This document shows positions 39,147-52,314 of a DNA stretch of 64,000 nucleotides, one piece after another. The stretch is from NCBI GenBank assembly GCA_951406725.2, contig OX597814.1, positions 21,948,001-22,012,000 on the forward strand, in the 5' to 3' direction. A program made the translations under genes and the position numbers. Origin of the DNA: Octopus vulgaris (lineage: Eukaryota). Below the pieces are notes generated by a model. That model searched no databases. It had not been told where the DNA came from and was given only the letters and a program-made list of their open reading frames with translations. The stretch's first letter is position 1; each line of letters begins with the position of its first letter.

Positions 39147-40075
39147 TATATATATACACATATATATAAAGAGGGATATAAAGAATCAACACATCACTCA
39201 CAGTAAGCACTTTGCAGATAGTTCTTTATGTTTCTTTATAATGTGTGTCTCTGAAATCTAAAATTTATTCCATCCACCCTTATATAGAACAAATCTAGCT
39301 TTATGCTGAAGAGTTAAATATTTATAGCCTATAAAATGTTCTGATGATTATTTCTAATCAATGCTTCATTATGATATTGCATTTGTTTGTATTCCTATGT
39401 ATGCATGTACGTAAAGCGTTGTCAAGTAATGAAGTATTCGTACTAATTTTCAGCTTTAATATCTGATAAATTAAATTCATTACAACCTGCTGAATGATTC
39501 TTACTCTAGGTACCACAAATCCTCAATATTCCCTCTGAATCACCATCATCATTTAACATCCGTTTTCCATGCTGGCATGGGTTGGATGCTTTCACAGGAG
39601 CTGGCCAACTGTAGAGTTACCCAGGCTGCATGTCCGTTCTGGCATGGTTCCTATGGCTCGATGCCCTCCTAATGCTAACCACTTTACAGTGTGTACTGCT
39701 AGATGGCAGAAATGTTAGCATGCCAAGCTGGCAAAAACGTTAGCACGCCGGCTGAAATGCCTAGTAGTATTTCGTCTCCTGTTACGTTCTGAGTTCAAGT
39801 TCCACTGAAGTCGACTCTGCCTTTCATCCTTTCGGGGTCGATAAATTAAGTACCAGTTATGCACTGGGGTCGATGTAATCGACTTAATCCCTTTGTCTGT
39901 CCTTGTTTGTCCCCTCTATGTTTAGCCCCTTGTGGGCAATAAAGAAATAAGTGTGTACTGCTAGGAGTTTTGGTCCTTTGTCATCCCCTCTGTGATGCCC
40001 AACATCTGAATATATTCAAAAAGAAATTAACAGAAATACAACAAAATGCAAAAGTGTCATATATTTAACACTTAC

Positions 40076-40162
40076 CTAGGGCTGCAGCTGTGCAATGTGC
40101 AATCATAAAGCCAGAATTGAGTCCACCATTTTCAGTCAAGAAAGGAGGCAAATTCCCAAGAG
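40076..40162 (-). CDS. HAL: HAL exon: (P)[28 protein letters not shown]
   Basis: 87 nt, phase 1/1; [16 protein letters not shown] motif. Confidence 0.97.
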
Positions 40163-41972
40163 CTGTAATAGAATATGTAATATTGACCATCATTATCATC
40201 ATCATCATCATCATCATAGGCGCTGGAGTGACTGTGTGGTAAGTAGCTTGCTTACCAACCACATGGTTCCGGGTTCAGTCCCACTGCAGGGCACCTTAAG
40301 CAAGTGTCTTCTACTATAGCCCTGGGCCAATCTAAGCCTTGTGAGTGGATTTGGTAGGCGGAAACTGAAAGAAGCCCATCATATACGTGTGTGTGTGTGT
40401 GTGTATGTTTGTCCCCCGACATCACTTGACAACTGATGCTGGTACATTTACATCCCCAAAACTTAGTCATATTTCAGTATTAAATATACAGCTAAAGTGG
40501 TGAGCTGACAGAATCATTATTGTTTTGGGTAAAATGCTTAGTGGCATTTCATCTGTATTTATGTACTGAGATCAAATTCTGCTGAGGTCGACCTTGCCTT
40601 TCATCCTTTTGGGGTCAATAGAATAAGTAGCAGTTGAGTACTGGGGTCAATGTAATTGACTTACAGCCCCAAAGTTTCTGTGCTAAAATTTGAAACCAGT
40701 ATTAAATATATAGCCAAGATTATAATCTACATACTTTGTTTTTTCTTGAAATTCTCACCTTTTCTATCCCAGAGAAATTAATACTCAAGCAACCCAGATA
40801 AACATTCTACAAAAGATTTAAAGAGCAATGGAATTTCAAAGAAAATAAACAAAACAGCCAAGCATCCTTCAGTTTTTATTTATGGTAATTTAAATAATAT
40901 ACTAATGATATTTTTGATACTTTTTCTTAAATCTTTTTATATAAATGAAGAAATTGGGTGACTTAAAATATACATATATTATCAACATATCAGCACTTCA
41001 ATAATGTTTGATTTACAGAGAGAAAGAGAAATTGAGACCAATATCAGCATTTGTTCAAAGTAAGATTTTAACATTTTTTAATTGACTCAAATTTACTATT
41101 CTCTATTTTGAAAATAGTCATCTATATATCATACTTAATCTAACTACATCAATGAAAGGCAACCAGATGCATTTCAGTGTCATTGTGCTTTATCAATGGC
41201 ATGCACTCACAGTCAATCTCATTGAAGCATTTGACTGGCTGTAAGCATATGCCATTGATAAAGCCCAACAATGCAAAAATGCATCAGGAATTCTTACTAG
41301 CCACTGCTGGGATCGTTTGTGTTCCCGCCCACATATACATTATTTTTAAACACAGAACTTTCATAAGAGATGTTATCTCACAATGAATACTACAGTAAAT
41401 TGCCTTTCACTGATGTTTTTACTTTAAGTATGATATATAGATGGCTATTATAACCTAATAATGATTCTATTGCACATAACAGATCTTCAGTTTTATTTTT
41501 TAATTGATAAAAAGAAACATATCATTAAATACCTGAGAGCAATTAACTGACTTCATATCAAATGTTAATTCTAATTATTAAAAACCAATTAACTATTAAA
41601 CTTATAAAATCAATCAACCAAAACTTCATGAAGTCTCTGTAAAGACTATATGATATGCATGCAATACACACACACACACACACACAAACTTTTTTCCATT
41701 TCAATATACCAAATATACTAACAAGACTTTGGTCAGCCCTAGGCTAGCATAGAAAACATTTGTTCAAGGTGCCACACAGTGGGATTGAACTTGAGACTAT
41801 GTGGTTAGAAAGCAAACTTCTAAACCACACAGCCATGCTTGCACACCTACATTATATTAAGGATTTGATATACAATGCATGTCAATACATATATAAGAAG
41901 ACACAGAACTGTAAACGTGATTTATCTATTTCCGAGCTGAATATTTGAAATTCAATAGTAATGCATACATAC

Positions 41973-42051
41973 GCTTATTTACGAGGCGTTCAATTCGTCT
42001 TTCACTTATATTTGCCAGTTCATGAACTCCAATTGCAAGATAATCATTTGC
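41973..42051 (-). CDS. HAL: HAL exon: ANDYLAIGVHELANISERRIERLVNK
   Basis: 79 nt, phase 0/1, gtatgt donor; ISERRIERL motif. Confidence 0.95.
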
Positions 42052-42385
42052 CTGAAAGGAAATATTTAATAACAGAAAGTCATACATCTTAAATTTTCCA
42101 AGAAAAATCTCAGGTAAAGAAAATTTATGGACAGTGAGAATATAGAGTATTCTTAATGTTTTACTCCTTAAACCCTTTTGTTACCATATTTCTGTTGTAA
42201 TACACAGTCTTTAATTCAATAAATTTTGAAAAATAATGAAAAAATTTATTAAAATATATTTAAATATTTGTTTTATAAGATTCTTGATGTGAAATTGTGT
42301 GTTGAAACAAATATTGTTATACTTGGGATGGTCATATTTTCACCAATTAACCACACATTCCTATATACTCATTATCCAGTTCAGC

Positions 42386-42427
<42 letters not shown>

Positions 42428-43170
42428 GAGTGAGAGAGCAGTGCATGACATCAAAGTGACACTGGGGTAAAATATATGAAGCCCAGTGTACCCATCATGA
42501 CTACCCGTCTGATAAGAGTATACCAGGCACATGCATCACAACCATGGTGATCTCATATCAAGATAAACAGCACATGACCTTGCAGATGGGGCCCAGTTAG
42601 AATTTTCTTCTGGTCGAGTAGCCCATCCTGCTCAAAATGTCCCTGAATAAGGATTGTTTAAGGATGTTGAATGAAACACCCATGTTTCCAGAGGTGAATT
42701 ATTCAAACCCCAAAGAATCCCTTTCAACACATGGCTATGATTCTGGTGCCTCAACCTAAGTACCATATTAATCTGAATATATATATATATATATATATGA
42801 TACTTTTGAATAAGTTATATGTTTACACAAAAATGTCTCTTAGAAATAGGCAATAATGCCTTTTTACTGAAAAAGGTTTTGAGGGTAAGAATAAACATAT
42901 TGTTTCGTCATTTTATTTAATAAAGTCTCCTTCATCCTTAATAACAGCTTCTATGCGAGGTCTAAATTGCCTACATGCTAGGATCAAGTGGTCTGTGTTC
43001 ATATTGAACATTGCTATGACTATGGAAGCTTTTAGGGATTCTTTGGTGTTATGAGGATGCTCTTTGACCTCTTTCTCAATTACGCTCCATACAATGTCTT
43101 GTACTATAGCCTCAGGTCAACCAAATCCTTGAAAGTGGATTTGGCAGATGGAAACTGAAAGAAGCCCATC

Positions 43171-43210
<40 letters not shown>

Positions 43211-43690
43211 ATGTATGTATGTATGTATGTATGTATGTGTGTATGTATGTATGTATGTATGTATGTATGTATGTATGTATGTATGTATATGTTTGTGTGT
43301 CTATGTTTGTCCCCCTTGACAACCAATGTTGGTGTTTTTACATCCCTGTAACTTAGCAATTCAAAATTCAAAATCACTAGTGATCTGGCTGTCTGCTAGG
43401 GAGCTTATCTCCCCTTGTCAGTCATTAAGATAGTGCTTTTGTGGCTATTGCATGATTTTGACTCTTATTTCTAGCAGTACTGGTACTACATAGTACCCTC
43501 TGTCACTTTAGTGATATCATATATGTATGTGTGTATGTGTATATATAGTTATGTTATATTCTGTTAAGAACATTGTAGAGTACAGTATAAAGCTTGTCCA
43601 CCCTCAGATTTCATCCAGTGCTATCTAGAAGTAGTATTATATGTACTGCTAGATTTGTATTGGGGCTTCTGTAGTGTCTGAACAGATAAC

Positions 43691-44038
43691 TGAATAAATT
43701 GGAGCCAACAAGGAATACAGTTGGACATTTATTTGTTATCACTATATTGTTTCCACATAATGTAGTTCTCCAGGCTTGCAGGTATTTGGTTATGTACACT
43801 CATTAGCTGCTACTACCTTGCAGGCCACAACAGGCAGAGGGGATGCACTTGAAGCCAAGAATTTGAGTTTATGGAGACAGTATTTATATATCACCTGAGG
43901 AAACACAACTAAATCTTGTAATGCAGGAAAATGGTTACAAAACCTGCAAGCCTGAAGAACTACTTTGCGGGGAAACAATTGTAGTGATTACAAATATATG
44001 TCCAACTGTACTACTTCTTGCTGACTCCAAATTATTCA
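43691..44038. repeat. Diverged inverted repeat (arms ~43691-43788 / ~43937-44038), MITE-like
   Basis: e.g. CAGGCTTGCAGGT/ACCTGCAAGCCTG and TACAGTTGGACAT/ATGTCCAACTGTA. Confidence 0.8.
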
Positions 44039-45007
44039 ATTGTATATCTATATATATATATATACACACACACACACGCACACACATTCAATTATGAATT
44101 CTTTACTGATCCTTTCCAGTATTTCTTCCGGATGTTGGTCCAGCCAGAACTGAATTGCCTCTAGCCCAACACAGACAAAGTCCTAAAACTCAAAAGACTA
44201 TTGAACAGCGTCAACCCAAACACACACACTCACACACACATAGACACATATGTATATATATACAATGAGTTTATTTCAGTTTCTGTCTACCAGATCTACT
44301 CACAAGGCTTTGTTCAACCTGGGGTTATAGTAGAAGACACTTACCCAAGGTGCCACACAATAGGACTGAACCCAAGACTATGTGGTAGGAAAGCAAGCTT
44401 CTTATCACACAACCACACCTACACATATGATATCCAGTGTGATACCATAAATATAGATACTGACAAATAGGAGTGTATAAATAGGAGACTGAAAGACATC
44501 GGAAGACGAGGTCAACTGATAAGGATGTAGAAACTTGAAAGATAAATGTAAATGTCCTACATGAATCATTTAACCTACTGGAAATATGTAGCCACACTAA
44601 GCTTCATTAAATTACACCTTGTTGTCATAGTCTTAGATATGTAAAGCTCCTGAAAAAGAAAATACATAGTAATGATGCCTGGAACATGTTTGGTCATAAA
44701 ATCAGAGCCAACACTGTAGCTAGACAATGATAGTGACAACCACTAAAAAATTAATGAATAACTGCTTTCAAATTTATTCTTAAAAAAGGTTATAGTCTAC
44801 TGGTATATTTCGGAATGGTTTTTTTTTTTTCACACATCTGTGACCTCTTCAGCGACTCTTCCATCTGAGTGTATGCTCCTGTTCTGATTAGTTCATAGAA
44901 TGGACTAAAAAAAAAAATGACCATCCCAAAATTTAACAATATCTGTTTCAACACACAAATTCATATCAGGAATCTTGCAAAACAAATTCACAAACATTAT
45001 GGTATAC

Positions 45008-45073
45008 CTTAGCTGGGTATTCTCCATGGAAATTTCCTCCACTTAGTATTTCACCACGTTCAGCAAACACCAT
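45008..45073 (-). CDS. HAL: HAL exon: MVFAERGEILSGGNFHGEYPAK
   Basis: 66 nt, phase 0/0; SGGNFHG motif. Confidence 0.97.
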
Positions 45074-46730
45074 CTTGGAGACTGTCAAGGAACTGGATTT
45101 TTCAAAATAAAAGCATTTATGAATTCACAAAAATAAATTGTTACAGCTCATTGACATTTTTATTTTGTGGATATGTGAAATATGGATTTGGGATTTCACA
45201 AACTATTTTCATTATCATCATCATCATCATTATTATTATCATCATTATCTCACATTACCATCATTTTCATCATTATCAATGTCTTCATCATCATCGTCAC
45301 CGTCATCATCGTTATCATCATCATTATCATCATCATTGTTATCATCATCGTCATCATCATCATCGTTATCATCATCGTCGTCATCATCATCGTCGTCATC
45401 GTCATCGTCATCATCATCGTCATCATCATCATCGTCATCATCATCATCATCATCAGTGTCATTGTTACCAAGGTTATTAGCCTTATCATCATCATCACAA
45501 TGGTCATTTTTACAGTCTTCCGTACAAAACTTTATAGGATGATATATGCAATGTAACACATTTGTGTTGAATATATACAGAGATGTATATGCATATGTAG
45601 TATAGTGTATACAGTATTACATATTCATGCTTCAAACCTTATCTTTCACTGATGTATTTAGTGACATGATTGACCATTAGTGAGCTGAATGGCTAAGTAG
45701 TATTTCAAATGCTTTGTAATGTACAGAGACAATTAATTCATACAAGAACAAGACGAAAAGGGAACAGAATAGGATTTTAGGAGAGAACAACAGTTAAAAA
45801 AAAAAAAATTAGAAGCTTAGATAAAGATATAGGATTTTAAGAAAGAAAAATATTTCTAGGTAGGACAAAGATATAGTTAAACCTTATGAGAGTAAAATAA
45901 GACAGAAAGAAGAAATGTGTGAGAGACGAGATTTTAAGAAGTGTTCAGCAATATAGTTAAACTTTTATCATCTGTTAAAAGTACATAGTTGAGGTGTCAC
46001 ACCTCCACTCTAAAACCAAGACTATGCACATAACTTGTGAATGTTTTTGCTGGTGATTACACCCTTGTCTTTCATAGTGAGAGGATATACAGAACCTAGT
46101 AGATGATTCTGACAGAGCAGACATAAATGTGAGCTTGTGTCTCATCATCATCATCATCGTTTAACGTCCGTTTTCCATGCTAGCATGGGTTGGAAGCCAG
46201 GAGGCTGTGCCAGGCTCCAGTCTGATCTGGCACTGTTTCTACAGCTGGATGCCCTTCCTAACGCCAACCACTTCATGAGTGTAGTGGGTGCTTTTTATCT
46301 GCCACCGGCACAGGGGCCAGAGGAGGCTGGCAAACGGCCACGATCCATTGGTGCTTTTTACGTGTTACCAACATGGACACCAATTAGGCGGCGCTGGCAT
46401 CAGCCACGTTGAGATGGTGCATTTTATGTGCCACCGGCATGAGTATCATAACTACAATTTCCATTTGATTTTTATTTTGATGTTGACGTACTTGACTCAG
46501 TGGGTTTCCTCAAACACAGCGGGTCACTCCACGATCCAAGGTTAGCACAGCAGGCCATCCTGCGAGCCATGAACTCACTTCATTTGTCAAGTCTTCGCAG
46601 TCACAGTACATCTCAGAGGTCTCAGCACAGGTATCGCAACTACAATATCCATTTTATTTTTATTAAAATGTGTATTAATGTAATTAAAATGATTTGTTTT
46701 AAATTTCTGTAAAATATAAACAAAGGATAC
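45074..46730 (-). other. U12-type GT-AG intron in HAL
   Basis: Donor GTATCCTTTG (46730-46721); branch site TTCCTTGAC (45092-45084) close to an AAG acceptor with no polypyrimidine tract. Confidence 0.92.
45205..45500. repeat. (CAT/CGT)n trinucleotide array
   Basis: Seen directly; yields poly-S/H/I/D/M pseudo-ORFs. Confidence 0.95.
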
Positions 46731-46811
46731 AGGGTTATCTCCTGCACTGTTGAGCTCTGTAGCAAGGATAGTTCGAACAAAAGCATTGGTATCATTAACT
46801 ACTCCGTGAAC
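46731..46811 (-). CDS. HAL: HAL exon: VHGVVNDTNAFVRTILATELNSAGDNP
   Basis: 81 nt, phase 0/0; TELNSA.DNP motif. Confidence 0.97.
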
Positions 46812-47895
46812 CTGTAAGATTTAAGGAAGTGTTTGTTAGTTGCTTGAAAATCAGAGAGATTATAATCATTATTACTGTATCATCATACCAGAAGCAAGTA
46901 CAGCAGCAACAGTAACCATATCAACAAGATCGTCTTCATCACAGTCATCATCAACATCAACATTATCTTCATTCCCAATATTACTAAACTTACTGAAATG
47001 TTGAAATCATTTAAAAAAAAGTTATTATTTCTATGCTGTGCTTGCATACATTAAACATGTGAATGAATATGGCTTAGTGGTTCAGGTGTTGCACCTATGA
47101 CTGCTAGATCATGGGTTTGATTCTTAGGCTGGGTAGTGTGTTATGTTTTGGAACAAAACACTTCATTTCACATTGCTCTGTAGGTGGGAGAATGGTAGAA
47201 TCATTGGCACACTGGCAGAAATGTCTTATGGTATATTTTCTGGCTCTCTACATTCTGAGTTCAAATCCTACTGGCATGAAGAAAGTAATGGGGAACCACT
47301 CCAGTATCCATCCCAAGTCTAGTCATGGAAACTGAAGTTCCAACAGTCAACAGGTGATAATATGGGCTCTCACAGTTCATATAGTGAGTGCTGGAGTAGG
47401 TTTACATGTACAGGATCTGTCCAAGTGCAGACCACCTCAAGACTAGACTAGATAAATTAAACAGGTTGAAGCCATCTGTTTGTTTTAATCAACTATCATA
47501 TCATCTCAATACCTTCTATAAATCTCTGAACTGAGCTCATCACCCCTTTCCTGATCTGCTTTGATCTATACTTTTACACAAGCTGCCTTTGACCATCAGC
47601 ATTTTTACACACCATTCATTTCTTTTCCTACACCTCTTCTACACATACCATTCAATATTTCATCCAGCCATTTTCTTAACTCAACTATATTATCTCTTTC
47701 ATGCAAATTATTTTCCGGGTCTTCAGTTAATATCAGTTAGACCACTGTTTAAAATATGTTGTTTTTCCAATCATATTTTATTGAACTGGCAAGAGGATAT
47801 TTATAAGTCTTTCCCTAAAACTATTAATGTACACTCATAACATGTGTGATATACACTTATTCATTTGCAACATTATCATAACAGGATCTACTTAC

Positions 47896-47954
47896 TTGTG
47901 GAATACAGCGTAGAGTGTAAGCATCTTGAACCTTGTTATTGGCAAATTCACTTT
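47896..47954 (-). CDS. HAL: HAL exon: (E)SEFANNKVQDAYTLRCIPQ
   Basis: 59 nt, phase 1/0; VQDAY.LRC.PQ catalytic-region motif. Confidence 0.97.
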
Positions 47955-48269
47955 CTAAAATTGAAGAAGGCCATACAACAAATTAATCCTCTGACATAAT
48001 ATAAATACTATAGATATATAAGTAGTAAGCTGGCTTTGCTTGTAAGAGTCATTTATGTATTGTATTGTACAGTATTTTATCATGAGATATTTATTTGTTG
48101 ATCTATATTATATATCGTTAATCAGCATTGCCCTAGAATTAAATTAACCTTTATAATGAGACAAAGATGTGGTTGCTCAACCGTGATAATAGAAGCCAAA
48201 TGTCCTTCAAATCTCACCCTTCTAAAAGGAAAGATACATTGGATATGTGTTTTTTGTTTTAATTGCTGA

Positions 48270-48800
48270 TGTAAATGATAACATCCAGTCTTCATAGGGT
48301 CTCAGAGAATGGAGACATTGATTTTGTTATTGTTCCTCTTGGCCTATTGCAAATTACTAACTGTAGGAAAGACACAAGCATGGAAGGAGTTTCCAGAGTG
48401 CTGGTATTCTGTGAAGAACTGAGTGTAGTGGTAACCATTTGGCTTAGAGATTTCTTTACAAGGGAAATGAGAGGCAAGTAAATGAGTATGTTGGAAGTAG
48501 AGGTGACATGAACCCAGCCAGCTCTGAATGGCTGAGAGAGAGAGAGAGAGAGAGATCAGAAGATCAGAAGCTGAAGTGTCTGTGAGCCAAGAACTACTTT
48601 CCTGCTCACATTCTAGATGGCTATGTATGCAGAAGAAGCACCATCCTAGATGTGGATGCAACACTTCATTGAAGACCTCAGCAAGAATTTTGTCAAGTTT
48701 CAATAAGTGCTGAGGCCTGAAATGTTTTCTGGTTCTGAAGAGAAGGGTCAATTGTTGAATGCAGTGTTTGTTATGTGCCTATAAGAAAGATGAGAATGTT
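48270..48800 (-). mobile_element. Highly decayed CR1/Jockey-group LINE 3' fragment
   Basis: Minus-strand RKHFRPQHLLKL... resembles the post-RT 'F.P..LL.LYK..VRP..EY' segment. Confidence 0.35.
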
Positions 48801-48966
48801 GAGGTACATTTGAACATAGATCCATAAAAGGGAGCCTATCTATGATGGTTGAAAGCTGAACACACAGTGACAACAGATAACTGTACAATAAATCAAAATA
48901 AAATTATATATCTGAAATAATAATAGTAGGCGCAGGAGTGGCTGTGTGGTAAGTAGCTTGCTAACC

Positions 48967-50948
48967 TTCGTCTGAGTTAGACGTGTTATTTTGCTGCTCC
49001 GGATGCCACGTTGTTTCAACGTGAATTGTTGAACTTTCGACTCGACTGCAGGTAGGCGTTTTGTATTTTTGCGGGCGAAGTGAAGTTTTATTACTTGCAT
49101 TAATGTCTTTTAGCACTTAATATTTTTAGCAGATAATAAAGCTCCACTTTGCTCCGGATGTAATTTTTCTGCCTGTTGTCGAGTGTAAAGAGAATTGTAT
49201 TTTTAAAGCGGCGTAGTCCGTCTGCAAAAATTATTTTTGAAATTGTCGTTGTGTTATCCACGGGATTTACCAAGGATTATTTTACCAAGGTGTTTTACCA
49301 ACAGTGTATTTGGCCTGGAATACAATTTTTGGCCGAAAAAGTTAACAAAAAAAAAAGAAAAATTAATTCCTTTGTCTGAATTTGAACTCTCTTTCTCCGT
49401 CTATCATTCATTTGTAAAAAAAAAAAAAGAACTTTTTTTGAACTGCCATTTTAATTTTATTTCTTCCCTTCTGTTGCTTTTTTCATTCTCCTTTCTGTGT
49501 CTAATTTATTTTGTAACATTTTGAACTGTTTTTCTTACATTATGGCAAGGAATTTCACTGTGTGGGAATTGACACCTCCCAAAAAGTACTTAAAGGAGCT
49601 CGAGATCAAAACCGTGGTGTTGAGGACATATTCGAGGTCGCTCGACACCATAATGGTTTTCCCGAAAGCCACCATTATGAACGAGCTGGCAGACTATATG
49701 CCAGCCGTTAAACACATTCAACGGGGAGCCAAATACGCAATGATTTGGTTGCTGTTTGACTCCCCTAAAGCAGCTTGTGATTTCACGAGTAAGCCCATTG
49801 AGGGCGAAGAGATTCTGTTTCTCCCAAGCTATAAGGGGGAAAAATTGATACTATTATGGGTCTGCGGCCTGCCGCCCGGCTTTGAGCCCGAGTGGGTGGA
49901 AGATTCCATCCGCCGGGGTCTGAGTGGTGGTAGCGCCAAGATCCTGAACGTGAGAATGCAGCCTGCGGCTGACTGGGAAGGGGCAAAGGCTACTTTGACT
50001 CTGTGGACCCAGTCGGCCAAGAGTCTGGTTTTGCCGGACTTCTTGAAGATGGCCGGGTCCAAGTATCCGGTGATGCTTGAGGGACGCCCCCCCCCCCAAG
50101 TGTCACCTGTGTTCGGAGACCGGCCACATTAAGAAAAACTGCCCCAGGAACCAGAGTAGGATCCTGGAGAAGTTAATATCAGAGCCTCTCCCTGCCCCAC
50201 TAATGGAGGGAGAGAAACAAAGTGAGGAGGGGGAAAATCCTCCTCCAAAAGAAAAAGAAAAGTGGGGAGCAATGGCGACCCACCAAAGGAACCGGAGGCT
50301 GCGGAAGAAAAAGAGGAGGCACGCCACCAGCGGACTGTAACACCCAGACGGCGTCTCCCATGTGTCCTCCGGCGGTTGTGATGCCGGAGAAATTTTATGT
50401 AGTCCTCTTCCATAAAGGAGGCACTGTAGAAAACGAAATAGGTAAGATGAGGAAGAGAAACCAATGGGAGGGACTTCGGTCCTGCATGGAGTATCCCGAG
50501 TGGCCTTCGCAGCTGGCTGCGGAGGTCCTACTCGAAAATGATATGTGCAGGATCGAGAATTCTTTCCTGGAGGATCTCTTGCAAGTCATACCTGTATGCG
50601 GAAGCCTGACGATGGACGATTGTGTCGTTAAAGCAAGAGAGTTCATCGGTCGGGTAACGTAAAATTGTAATTGTGTTACATTGTGACAGAGGTTTATTGC
50701 CTCTGAAGAGACTTTTAAAAGTGTAAATTGTAAATTGAAATTTTTGTGAAAATTTTTGAATTTTTGTAATTTTTGAAATTTTGTAAATTATTGAAAAAAA
50801 AGAACATTGTTTTAGAGAAGCAAAAGTCGGCGGGCGCTTTCTGACTTCTCCCATCACCATCTTCATCAACCACCACCATCATCCATTAATGTCCTTGTCC
50901 AGCCTGTAGCTACTCTGTGTGCTGCCCTAGTGGCAAATTATTAAAATA
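48967..50948 (+). mobile_element. ORF1-only non-autonomous non-LTR retroelement (L1/Tx1-type ORF1; 'half-L1'-like)
   Basis: 16-bp TSD AAGTAGCTTGCTAACC (48951-48966, 50949-50964); ~575-bp 5' UTR, single coding region, ~290-bp 3' UTR, A-rich end; no EN/RT. Confidence 0.85.
49542..50662 (+). pseudogene. ORF1/gag-like protein (~372 aa if two homopolymer +1 shifts are corrected) with CCHC zinc knuckle CHLCSETGHIKKNC
   Basis: Three overlapping ORFs in successive frames, joinable at C11 (50087-50097) and at an A run near 50308; EGRPPPKCHLC context; GC-rich with CpGs retained. Confidence 0.8.
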
Positions 50949-52218
50949 AAGTAGCTTGCTAACCAACCACATGGTTCTGGGTTCAGTCCCACTGCGTGGC
51001 ATCTTGGGCAAGTGTCTTCTGCTATAGCCCCGGGTCGACCAATACCTTGTGAGTGGATTTGGTAGACAGAAACTGAAAGAAGCCTGTTGTATATATGTAT
51101 ATATATATATATGTGTGTATGTGTGTGTGTCTGTGTTTGTCCCCCTAGCATTGCTTGACAACCGATGCTGGTGTGTTTACGTCCCGTCACTTAGCGGTTT
51201 GGCAAAAGAGACTGATAGAATAAGTACTGGGCTTACAAAGAATAAGTCCCGGGGTCAATTTGCTCGACTAATGGCGGTGCTCCAGCATGGCCGCAGTCAA
51301 ATGACTGAAACAAGTAAAAGAGCAAAGAGAGTAAAATGTTTCCTATGCTATTGCTGTTTCCTACTTTTGCCTTAATTATAAACATAATATAAATGTAAAT
51401 TATGTTTGTATTATGAAGTCTGTTATGTTACATAATAGACTCCAAACCAACAGGGAAGTTTCTATGCAGTTACTAAATATGCTACAAAGAGTAGCTATAT
51501 CTCACCCACATTACATCCTACCATCTCTTAAGGAGGTAAAAACAGAGTAAATAAAGTGGTCCTGAAATTTTCATGTCTGAATAAAAGACAGACTGGATAC
51601 AGTTGGAATGTCTTTGGCTATAAGTCTGCTTGATCAAGGTTTACAGTATATTGTTGTTATTGTTTAGTTCCAGCTAAATTTACACTATTTTATTTTGCAA
51701 AAGAAATGTCGTCTTTATTATAATTTATTATAATATTTGTCACTCTCATCATCCATTCAAGCTGCCTACATGTGGTGGCTTAACCTGATCCAAGTTACCA
51801 TTAAATTTCCTTAAACAAGTATCCTACAAAAAGGAGACATGTTTTAGTCTTAAATCTTAGGATAGCATGCATCATCATAAGAATGGGGTATGTCACAGGG
51901 ATGTAAAGAAGCTAACACCAGTTAGACACACACACATACACACATCATTATCATCAATGTTTTGACAACCACATTTTTATGTTCTCACGCACACACGCAC
52001 AGTTTCCATCTACCAAATTCACTCTTGAAGCATTGGTCAATCTGAGGTTCTAGATGATGACACCTGCCCTAGTGCTAAGCCAAGCAGTGACAAATAGAAC
52101 TTTTTAAAGACACAGTCATGCTTGTACTTTTGTTCACAATAGTTAATGGTTAATGACCAAACCAGCTAAATAAATAAAAGAAACTGAATAAAATAGATAT
52201 TCCCACATTGCTACTAAC

Positions 52219-52314
52219 CTGTAATCTGTGATGGGTATAGATCAGAATGTAGAATGGAACGAAGTCTTGAAGCAACTTTTATTTGACCCAGATGTGGTCG
52301 AGCTTTATGAATAT
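52219..52314 (-). CDS. HAL: HAL exon: (D)[31 protein letters not shown]
   Basis: 96 nt, phase 1/1; RPH.GQ motif. Confidence 0.96.

Larger units (their letters stand above)
48928..51335 (+). mobile_element. SINE family A copy (48928-48966 + 50949-51335) interrupted by a 2-kb insertion
   Basis: Head GGCGCAGGAGTGGCTGTGTGGTAAGTAGCTTGCTAACC resumes at 50949 with AACCACATGGTTCTGGGTTCAGTCCC. Confidence 0.9.

Noticed and set aside
45138-45559. Poly-Ser/His/Asp ORFs
   Set aside because: (CAT)n array inside the HAL U12 intron
48928-48966. tRNA genes at SINE heads (here and at 13521, 40218, 62677)
   Set aside because: Only A/B-box-like motifs, no full cloverleaf; always fused to SINE bodies
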